Positions 27,376 to 34,631 of a DNA stretch of 36,517 bases are shown here, one piece after another; within the stretch, counting starts at the first letter, position 1, and each line of letters begins with the position of its first letter. The position numbers and the translations under genes are program-made. The notes beneath the pieces are model-generated. The model was not told the origin of the DNA, did no database searches, and saw nothing but the letters and a program-made list of their open reading frames with translations. Location of the stretch: assembly GCA_001871755.1 (NCBI GenBank), contig MNXL01000383.1:794-37310 (forward strand), written 5' to 3'. Source of the stretch: Anaerolineae bacterium CG2_30_64_16. GTDB taxonomy: Bacteria > Chloroflexota > Anaerolineae > CG2-30-64-16.

Positions 27376-27448
27376 CGCAGCCATGCGATGCTGTCGCTAT
27401 CCCCGGTCCCCCGCTTGAGCAAGGGAGGGGACTGGGGTCGGCGCCAAG

Positions 27449-28438
27449 TCAGTTCCCCGCCAACGGGAAGTAGCGTCGCCACGGAGTCGGCGTGGCGGTC
27501 GGTGTATGGGTGTGCGTCGGCGTCAGGGTTGGGGTCGATGTGTAGGCCGATGTACGGGTGGCGGTCGCGGTGGGTGTGGCGGTCGCGGTCGGTATGATGG
27601 TGTCATGCGGCGTCGCCGTCCGCGTGGCGGTGGCGGTTGCCGTGGCCGTCGGGGTCGCCGTGGCCGTGCGCGTCGGCGTGCGGGTCGGTGTGCGGGTCGG
27701 CGTCGCGGTCGGCGCGGGGCGCATGCCGAAATTGATCACCTTCGCCTCCCCGACCTCCTTCTCGAACCACACTCGCGTCGGGCTGGTGGACACGTAGCCC
27801 TCCGGCACGGTCGCATTGAGATAGTACCAGCCGGCCGCCACAACGTCGATCTGATACCAGCCGGTCGTGCCGACGCTCTTGGTCCACGCCACCTCCCCGC
27901 CGCCCGGCGCCTCCAACCGCAGCGTCTGGCCGGAGAAACCCGCCTGTTCCGCGGGCTGCCGCCAGCCATCGCCGTTGACGTCCAGGAACACCCACCCGAA
28001 CAGATCGGGACCAGTTGAGGCGGTCGTGGGCGTTGGCGTAGGAGTGGGAGTCGATGTGGCTGTGGCCGTGGGTGTTGACGCCGGCGTGTCGCTCGATGTA
28101 GGAGTGTGCGTGGCCGTTGCCGTAGGCGTCGGCGTTTCGGATGGCTGCGCCTGGCTCGTGGCCGTGTTCGTCGGGGTGGCCGAGGGCGCCTGCGGTCGGA
28201 CCTGGTAACCACCGACCAGGCCAAAGCTGGCGCTGCTGGCGCTGCCCGCTGGCCCTGGCTGCCCCAGGCTGGCGTGCATCTGGAAACTGGCCGAGCTCAA
28301 GGGCTGCGCGCCCGTGCCGCCCCCGCCGATCACACTCCTGCCGAGACGGAAGCCGCCACCTTGCGCCTGCGCCATAGTCACCACCAGGCCGAGCCCCAGG
28401 CAAGCGATGCCGAGGAATCTCAGAATAGATTTGTTCAT
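27449..28438 (-). CDS. Secreted PT-rich protein with an SdrD-B-like (Cna-B-type) domain
   Basis: Start trimmed to the ATG at 28438 (AAGAGG SD). Signal peptide MNKSILRFLGIACLGLGLVVTMAQAQ. GWVFLDVNGDGWRQPAEQAGFSGQTLRLE...GWYQIDVVAAGWYYLNATVPEGY fits the SdrD B-like pattern. Long TPT/TAT linkers. Confidence 0.8.
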   Translation of the reverse strand: MNKSILRFLGIACLGLGLVVTMAQAQGGGFRLGRSVIGGGGTGAQPLSSASFQMHASLGQPGPAGSASSASFGLVGGYQVRPQAPSATPTNTATSQAQPSETPTPTATATHTPTSSDTPASTPTATATSTPTPTPTPTTASTGPDLFGWVFLDVNGDGWRQPAEQAGFSGQTLRLEAPGGGEVAWTKSVGTTGWYQIDVVAAGWYYLNATVPEGYVSTSPTRVWFEKEVGEAKVINFGMRPAPTATPTRTPTRTPTRTATATPTATATATATRTATPHDTIIPTATATPTATATRTSAYTSTPTLTPTHTHTPTATPTPWRRYFPLAGN

Positions 28439-28451
28439 CGCTGCACCTCTT

Positions 28452-30638
28452 TCACTGCCCCACCAGCAGCACTCGGATGACGTCGATGCCCGGCCCTCCG
28501 AACGGTTCCAGCGCCTTGGCGAAGAAGCTGCCGGGCAGGTGGAACATGCGTCCACCAAAGGTGACTGGCATGGCCCGTGCCGCCACGCCCGGCGTGGATG
28601 AAAGGGCCAGCAGATCGCCGGGCTGAATCGGGCCGTTTTCGGCCGAAACCTTGAGGGGCACGACACCGACCAGGGCCACGGGGATCACGATTTGCGAATT
28701 GCGAATTGCGAATTGCGAGCCGCCAGCGAGAAAGCCGGGTTGGGCAGCGTGGACGCCGATCACCGGCCCTGCGCCGGGCAGGCCGGCCAGCATCACCCCG
28801 CCATCCGGCCCCAACGCGAGCACATCACCCGGCTCCGGTTTGCCATCTGCCATCTGCCATCTGCTATCTGCCAGTGGCCACCACTCGGCAAAGTCCGCCG
28901 CCGGGGTCTGGTACGTGCCGTCAGCATAGACGTCGCCATCGTTCTCCACCTTGAATACCAGAGGAGATGGGATGCCACACGCTGAGAACCCCGAGGTGTC
29001 ACCCGTGCTCAGGTTCGTCGCCGTGGCGGTGACGTTCTGCGCGCCGCCGCCGTGCTGGAACTGAAACGGCGCTTTCCCGTCTGCATCCGTGGTCACCTCG
29101 ACCGAGCCCAGGTAGGTTTTGCCCTGTTCGAAACTGGCGGCGTCGCACTCATCGTTGGAGAAGAACTCCAGCCGGAAGGTCGTGCTCGCTACGCTGGTGA
29201 GCGTGCCCACAACGGTCGTGCTGCCGCCGGCGACGCTTACGGACCCGATCACTGGGGCCTTCTGATTGTTGTTTGCGCCGACCAGGACGATCCCCCCGCC
29301 CTTGTTCGAGAAGATGGAATTCTGGGTGAAGGTGTTGCCGATGCTCTGACTCCCATAAGCCACAACACCCCCGCTGCGGTGATAGGCAATGGTATTATTG
29401 GCCAGGGTGTTGTTCTCCGCCAACTTGAGGTAGATACCCGACCCGATGCCCGATACGCCGTTCCCGAGGCTGGCGCCAGCCGCAGAAAGGCCGATTTGGT
29501 TGTTCTCCACCCGGTTTTCCTGGGAGCGGGCTGAAGTGGTATCGGTCGGCCCATAGAAATAGATGCCATGGTTAGACTGACCCGAAATCAGGTTCTCGGT
29601 GATGACGTTGTGGGAAGCAAAGATGGTCACGCCGTCCACGTTACCTACGGCTACGTTGCCACTGGCATCGGTGCCGATCCGGTTGCCCTGCACCAGGGTA
29701 TCGGTCGCGCTCCCACACGGGGATGAGGCGCCAGAAAGCATGACACCGCCATCGCCGTAGTTGCCTGAGATCAGATTCCCCGCATCCGGCGACTCAGGCG
29801 GGCCGCCAATGACGTTGTCACGGGCGACACGGCACTTCCAGTTGTCAAGCTCGGTCATCACTTTGACGCCACCACTATTGTTGGCCACAGCCGCCGTCCC
29901 ATTCAGATCGGTGCCGATGCGATTGCCCTGCACCAGGTTGCCCTGGACACCGCGAAGAAGAACACCCCAGCCCACGTTGCCGGCGATCACGTTGCCCAGC
30001 CCGGGCGCAGTGCCGCCGATAGTATTATTATCGTGCGGTGTGTTGAACACGCCGTTCTCACGGTTCGGCAGCGCAATTGCGCCGGTAACGTCTGTGCCGA
30101 TGAGGTTACCCTGTATCAACACGCCCTCGATCCGCGAGACATCGGATCCCTGTTGGGAGAACAGAATCCCACTGCCACCGTTGCCCGAGATGACGTTCCC
30201 CGGTGGCGTGCCCGCCGGATCTACCGAACCGCCGATGGTATGGTTAAGGCCAGAATTGACAAAGATTACCCCATATCCGCGTGGTTCGAACCGTTCGCCT
30301 GCTGCTCCCACGCCGATGTAGTTGCCCTGCACGCGATTGCCCGTGCCTCCATCCATTCGCACCGTCGTACAGATATTGCGTGCCGCAGTGGTCGCTCCGC
30401 CCACAGTGTTGTTCGCGCCGGACACCTTGACAGCTCCGCTAAGCGTCGCGACGCCGGTGCGGTCAGTCCCCAATAGATTGCCCTCCAGAAAACCATTGCT
30501 GCCGGACATCCATATACCCGAACCGTCCGAATGCGTAGCCCACATGATCAGATTGCGCACTACGATCATTGTCGGCAACGAGACCAGCTTGCACCTCGAC
30601 GATGGGGTGATCGGCGTAGCCGGGCTGGCTCGCGCCAA
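28452..30638 (-). CDS. Parallel beta-helix (PbH1) repeat protein with conserved ~170-aa C-terminal module; probably the 3' part of a frameshifted gene continuing from 30463-32259
   Basis: Many NVISGN..GI.I...N.IQGN.IGTD..G repeats. No signal peptide or credible start of its own. The upstream ORF overlaps by 176 nt in the -1 register. Confidence 0.75.
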   Translation of the reverse strand: MARASPATPITPSSRCKLVSLPTMIVVRNLIMWATHSDGSGIWMSGSNGFLEGNLLGTDRTGVATLSGAVKVSGANNTVGGATTAARNICTTVRMDGGTGNRVQGNYIGVGAAGERFEPRGYGVIFVNSGLNHTIGGSVDPAGTPPGNVISGNGGSGILFSQQGSDVSRIEGVLIQGNLIGTDVTGAIALPNRENGVFNTPHDNNTIGGTAPGLGNVIAGNVGWGVLLRGVQGNLVQGNRIGTDLNGTAAVANNSGGVKVMTELDNWKCRVARDNVIGGPPESPDAGNLISGNYGDGGVMLSGASSPCGSATDTLVQGNRIGTDASGNVAVGNVDGVTIFASHNVITENLISGQSNHGIYFYGPTDTTSARSQENRVENNQIGLSAAGASLGNGVSGIGSGIYLKLAENNTLANNTIAYHRSGGVVAYGSQSIGNTFTQNSIFSNKGGGIVLVGANNNQKAPVIGSVSVAGGSTTVVGTLTSVASTTFRLEFFSNDECDAASFEQGKTYLGSVEVTTDADGKAPFQFQHGGGAQNVTATATNLSTGDTSGFSACGIPSPLVFKVENDGDVYADGTYQTPAADFAEWWPLADSRWQMADGKPEPGDVLALGPDGGVMLAGLPGAGPVIGVHAAQPGFLAGGSQFAIRNSQIVIPVALVGVVPLKVSAENGPIQPGDLLALSSTPGVAARAMPVTFGGRMFHLPGSFFAKALEPFGGPGIDVIRVLLVGQ
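28690..28717. repeat. Heptanucleotide tract (ATTTGCG)(AATTGCG)3 inside the CDS
   Basis: Read directly at 28690-28717. Encodes ..SQFAIRNSQIV.. on the minus strand. Confidence 0.9.
28840..28874. repeat. Heptanucleotide tract, 5 units of CTGCCAT type, inside the CDS
   Basis: TTGCCAT CTGCCAT CTGCCAT CTGCTAT CTGCCAG. Encodes LADSRWQMADGK. Absent at the homologous site of the paralogous module at 32314-32826. Confidence 0.9.
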
Positions 30639-32259
30639 GGATCGTCGTCCCGCTCCTCACCCGCACATTGTCCAGGCTTGGGATTGTTACCGAACCATCG
30701 GGGTTGTTGGGAGCAACATTGAAAAGAATCTGGCTGCCTGGGTGCCTGCTTGCCTCGGACAGCGCCGCGGCCAGGGTACAGTCGGGGTTGACGACAACAC
30801 ATCCTCCCATTTCAGTACGCCTCTTGCCAATACATACGCCATCCCCCAGATCACAGTCCTTCTTCTCGCCGCCGGTCGAGTTGACGGTGAAGGTAGCCAG
30901 CGGGGCGGTCAAGCCCACCGTCAGCCCGGCCGTACCGTCCGCGGCGACCACCAGGTCGCTGAGCGCATCAACGTTCAGACGCATGGGCAGCACGGCCACC
31001 GGCGAGCCGGCTACATCCAGCGTGGCCGACCGGGGCGAGAAGCTGACGGCCGTCCCAAGCTGATCCGGAGTCTCCGTAGCCCCCATGACCACTACGTGTA
31101 GCTGCTGGGCTATCAGATCAATGACCACCAGGTCATCCCCCGGCAGACCAGAGACGTTGGTCGCGACCAGCCCCAACCGGTAAGCCGGTGAATTGGCGAG
31201 CGCCAGCGAGTATCCCATGATTTCTCGAGCCGTGGCCGGGTCCAGCACATGCACGATACCATCATCTGATAGCAACGCCACTTCCAGGCGGTGCTCGTCT
31301 TCAGGCGTCAGGTCGCCCACCGCCATGGCAACTGGATCGAAGAGCAGCTCATGTCGGTCAATCATGGCAGGGCTTACCTTCGCCCCTGGCCAATCGGGCG
31401 GCAGAGACAACTGCCGGTCGCGGCCGTGGATGATGAGCAGCTCCCTCCCGGCTGCCACAGCCAGGTCCATGGCGAAGTGGCCGTCGAGTTCAGCAAGGGC
31501 CAGGGCAGTCACCTTTGCCGGGACCTCGAATACCTCTGGGGCGCTGCGCAGCGCGCCCCCAGGTCCTTCGAAGGCCAGCACTTGCGGCCCCGCATCGCCA
31601 TCCACGCCCACCACCAGGTCAGCCAGACCATCCCGACGGTTGATCTCCCCGACCGTCAGGGCGGTCACGCGGCCGGGCAACTGCACCGTCTGAGCCGGGC
31701 CGAAGCCGCCGATCCCGTCGCCCGGCAGCCAGTACAGCAGCTTGCCACCGTGAGCCGCCGCCACCAGGTCATAGTAGCCATCGGCGTCGAAATCCCCCGC
31801 GGCCAGGAAGTCAGGCGCGATGGACAGCGCCGAAATCCGCGCCGGGGAGAGAAACGGGGCATCGGTGAAGGTTCCCGCGGCCTTGCGCTGCTGCGCCTCG
31901 GCGGCCTCGGGCCAAAGCAGGTCCACATTGCCCCGGCGGGTGGTCACCAGCCCTCCACCTGGAGCGGCGTAGCCGGTCGCCAGGTCAGGCATGCCATCCC
32001 GGTCGAAGTCAGCCGCCGCCAGGCTCAACGCTTGGGCCTGGCCCGTCTTCAGCAACTGGGTGAGCGCCGTCGGGCCATCGTAGTCAGCCGCCAGTGGCAG
32101 ACCATCGAGCAGATTGACCCACGGATTGCCTCGGCCCGCGGCGTGAAGCACGATGCGGGCATCGGGTTTGTCCGCGCGATCTGGCCCCTGGGCCTGAACG
32201 GCCCACGGCCCCAGCAGGATCAGGGCTGCTGCGATCAGGATTCGAGTTCGGTGTTTCAT
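30463..32259 (-). CDS. Secreted FG-GAP/VCBS-repeat protein; probable 5' part of a frameshifted FG-GAP + beta-helix gene
   Basis: ATG at 32259 with GAGGAG SD. Signal peptide MKHRTRILIAAALILLGPWAVQAQG. Repeated DFDRDGMPDL / GDFDADGYYDLV / D.LADLVV motifs. The last ~35 codons read as out-of-frame junk. Confidence 0.8.
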   Translation of the reverse strand: MKHRTRILIAAALILLGPWAVQAQGPDRADKPDARIVLHAAGRGNPWVNLLDGLPLAADYDGPTALTQLLKTGQAQALSLAAADFDRDGMPDLATGYAAPGGGLVTTRRGNVDLLWPEAAEAQQRKAAGTFTDAPFLSPARISALSIAPDFLAAGDFDADGYYDLVAAAHGGKLLYWLPGDGIGGFGPAQTVQLPGRVTALTVGEINRRDGLADLVVGVDGDAGPQVLAFEGPGGALRSAPEVFEVPAKVTALALAELDGHFAMDLAVAAGRELLIIHGRDRQLSLPPDWPGAKVSPAMIDRHELLFDPVAMAVGDLTPEDEHRLEVALLSDDGIVHVLDPATAREIMGYSLALANSPAYRLGLVATNVSGLPGDDLVVIDLIAQQLHVVVMGATETPDQLGTAVSFSPRSATLDVAGSPVAVLPMRLNVDALSDLVVAADGTAGLTVGLTAPLATFTVNSTGGEKKDCDLGDGVCIGKRRTEMGGCVVVNPDCTLAAALSEASRHPGSQILFNVAPNNPDGSVTIPSLDNVRVRSGTTILGASQPGYADHPIVEVQAGLVADNDRSAQSDHVGYAFGRFGYMDVRQQWFSGGQSIGD

Positions 32260-32313
32260 GGCACACGCTCCTCTCAGAACGTTGGCACGTTCAACGTTAG
32301 AACGTTCCAATGC

Positions 32314-34569
32314 TCATCGCAACTGCAGCAGCACCCGGATCACCCCTGTGCCGCTATCCAACCCCTCCAGCGCCCGCCCCACGATCGTGCCGCCGGCATA
32401 GACCGCCTCTCCCCCGTCCAGGGTGAAGAGGGGGATAGCTTTCGCGGCATGACCGGAAGCCGTCTTGCTGACCGTGAGCGGATCGTTCGGGCGGATCGGG
32501 CCGTTCTCCGCGTTGACCTTGACGGGTACCACCCCGATGATCGCCACTGGGATTTCGGATTGCGGATTGCGGATTGCGGATTTGTCCTGAGCATCGTCAA
32601 AGGATTTGCCACCCAGGAAGGCGGGGTTGGTGGAGTAGACGCCGATAATGGCAAGGACATTGTCCGCGTTGGCGAGGTTCACGCGGCCGTCCGGGCCGAC
32701 CGTCAGCACGTCACCCGGCTCCAGGCCTTCCACAGCCGGCAGCAGCTCGGCGAAGTCAGCGGCCGGGCTGGTGTATGTACCGTCGGCAAAGACATTGCCG
32801 CTATTGTCCACCTTGAAGACCAGTCCGCCAGCGTTGTAGGCTTCGATGGGGTTGCCTGTGCTACTCTTCGTACGGATACCTGGCCCGATCAGGCTCTCGA
32901 AGCGGCCGCCGGCCGCGCTGGATAGCGCGTCGCCGAAGACGCCAGCGCCGTCGCTATCAGCGCTGAGGGTCTGGCCCATCACGCCGTAGGTCGTGCCGTC
33001 CGAGCTGAAGCCGTGGACGCCGGCCACCCCCTTCGAGTCACTAAGGGTCTCGCCATACACGCCGTAGGTCAGCCCGCTGTCGGCGGTTGCCAGGCCATGC
33101 ACGCCGGCCGCCGCGTCCGTGCTGCTCCACGTGGCGCCTTCCACACCGTATGTTACGCCGCTGGCTGACTCAGCCACACCGTAGACACCCACCGGTGTGG
33201 CTTCGCCAAACAAGCCACCGGGTTGATTGCCTTTGGTCACACCGACCACCCCGATTGTGCCTTCGCCTCCGCTGGCCGAAGCAATACTCAGAACACCGAT
33301 GCCGGCACTACTTTTGCTCTCAAAATAGCCGCCGTAGGTGTCGCCTTTGCTGGCATGAGCCAGACCGTACACACCGCTGGCTTCACTGCCGCTGCTAAAA
33401 GTCTCGCCCAACACACCGTAGGTCTTGCCGCTGTCGGCGACTGTCAGGCCATGCACGCCAGCCGCCGCGTCAGTGTTGCTCCACGTGAGGCCTTCCACAC
33501 CGTACGTTACGCCGCTGGCTGACTGAGCCACACCGTAGACACCCATCGGTGTGGCTTCGCCAAACAAGCCACCGGGTTGATTGCCCATGGTCACACCTAT
33601 CACGCCGACTGTGCCTTTGCCACCGTTGGCCGAAGCGATACCCTGAACACCGATGCCGGCACTACTCTTGCTCTCAAAATAGCCGCCGTTGGTTTCGCCG
33701 CTGCTGGCATTGGCCAGACCGTACACGCCGCTGGCTTCACTGCCGCTGCTCGCAGTCTCGCCCATGACGCCGTAGGTCTTGCCGCTCGACCTTGATGCCA
33801 GGCCATACACGCCGACCGCCTCGTCGGAGCTGCTCCCTGTCTCACCATACACGCCGATGGTCGCGCCGTAAGTGGCGCTGACCGATCCCACGACGCCCAC
33901 CCCGTTGATGCTCTGGCTCTCAAAGTAACCACCGTTGGTACTTCCGCTGGCAGCGCTGCTCACACCTGCGATGCCGGTTGAACCGTCCGCACTAGCAGTG
34001 TTCTCTGCATGGATCGCTCCGCTACCGGCCGCGCCCACACTCACCCCCAGCGCGCCCGTCATATCGTCGCCGCTCTTCCTGACGAACAGGCCGGCGCTCA
34101 GCCCCTCCACGGACTGGGCGTTGATGGCGTAGGCCGCGCTGCCGAAGACGAGCCGCGGGGTGAGCGCCTCCCACGCCGCGCCGTTCCACACCTCGATCTG
34201 CAGCCAGCGGTCCCCCCCGTCGAACACCGTCGCGCCCAGCGGGATGACGCTGCCCAACTGGACGACAAACAGGCCGTTCGCCACCTGCACGCCGATCTGG
34301 GTTTCCGCGCCCCAGGCCGCGCTGCCGCCCGTCTCCGCGTCGTAAATCGTAAACCGCATGTCGTAGGCGCCGTCCAGCGGGTTGCCCGCGCTGTCGGTCA
34401 GTTGCCCCTGGAACGTGATGGTGTCGGTCGAACCCTGGGGCGCCGCGGGGGCCAGGGTCGACCCGGGCGCCGGCCCCGCCGCGCTGCCGCTCACCATCCC
34501 CAGCGCCAGGATCAGACTCAGGATCAGCGCCGGTCCGACCAACCGCACTTTCGTCTGTTGTGCATTCAT
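32314..34569 (-). CDS. Secreted fibre-like Gly-rich repeat protein (752 aa) sharing the C-terminal module with 28452-28967
   Basis: ATG at 34569 with AGGAGG SD. Signal peptide MNAQQTKVRLVGPALILSLILALGMVSGSAAG. Tail-fibre-like N-region (ITFQGQLTDSAGNPLDG...KSGDDMTGAL). G.TYGV.GET repeat arrays. C-terminal LVFKVDNSGNVFADGTY...PAADFAE...VIRVLLQLR. Confidence 0.8.
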   Translation of the reverse strand: MNAQQTKVRLVGPALILSLILALGMVSGSAAGPAPGSTLAPAAPQGSTDTITFQGQLTDSAGNPLDGAYDMRFTIYDAETGGSAAWGAETQIGVQVANGLFVVQLGSVIPLGATVFDGGDRWLQIEVWNGAAWEALTPRLVFGSAAYAINAQSVEGLSAGLFVRKSGDDMTGALGVSVGAAGSGAIHAENTASADGSTGIAGVSSAASGSTNGGYFESQSINGVGVVGSVSATYGATIGVYGETGSSSDEAVGVYGLASRSSGKTYGVMGETASSGSEASGVYGLANASSGETNGGYFESKSSAGIGVQGIASANGGKGTVGVIGVTMGNQPGGLFGEATPMGVYGVAQSASGVTYGVEGLTWSNTDAAAGVHGLTVADSGKTYGVLGETFSSGSEASGVYGLAHASKGDTYGGYFESKSSAGIGVLSIASASGGEGTIGVVGVTKGNQPGGLFGEATPVGVYGVAESASGVTYGVEGATWSSTDAAAGVHGLATADSGLTYGVYGETLSDSKGVAGVHGFSSDGTTYGVMGQTLSADSDGAGVFGDALSSAAGGRFESLIGPGIRTKSSTGNPIEAYNAGGLVFKVDNSGNVFADGTYTSPAADFAELLPAVEGLEPGDVLTVGPDGRVNLANADNVLAIIGVYSTNPAFLGGKSFDDAQDKSAIRNPQSEIPVAIIGVVPVKVNAENGPIRPNDPLTVSKTASGHAAKAIPLFTLDGGEAVYAGGTIVGRALEGLDSGTGVIRVLLQLR
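32551..32585. repeat. Heptanucleotide tract GATTTCG (GATTGCG)3 GATTTGT inside the CDS
   Basis: Read directly. Encodes ..KSAIRNPQSEI.. on the minus strand. Same alignment position as the 28690-28717 tract of the paralogous module. Confidence 0.9.
33062..33769. repeat. Two tandem 354-bp (118-codon) near-identical repeats within the fibre-like gene
   Basis: Anchor CCGTAGGTC recurs at 33062, 33416 and 33770. The protein units GKTYGV(M/L)GET...AAAGVHGL(T/A)(V/T)ADS are highly similar. Confidence 0.85.
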
Positions 34570-34631
34570 TGTGTCCCTACCTCCTAGTATACTGAAACTG
34601 ATGGATGTCAAACTGCGTGAATCTCTCTCGA

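Noticed and set aside
27480-28200. Periodic GGTGTGGCGGTCGCGGT-like DNA that looks like a spacer-repeat array
   Set aside because: It is the coding sequence of Thr/Pro/Ala linkers (TPTATATPT..) on the minus strand. The units are irregular with no unique spacers, so it is not a CRISPR array.
30569-30638. TTG (30638) or ATG (30569) as an independent start for the beta-helix protein
   Set aside because: There is no SD and no signal peptide for a clearly extracytoplasmic repeat protein. The upstream FG-GAP frame degenerates at the same point. A frameshifted single gene explains this better.
31291-32925. 544-aa plus-strand ORF
   Set aside because: Antisense to the FG-GAP gene and the 3' end of the fibre-like gene. 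It crosses their intergenic junction and has no motifs.
34587-34612. TTGACA-N14-TATACT on the minus strand upstream of the fibre-like gene, using the same hexamers as the 1492-1519 promoter
   Set aside because: The 14-nt spacer is too short. The -10 hexamer abuts the AGGAGG Shine-Dalgarno, so a transcript starting there would lose the SD. Noted but not called as a promoter.
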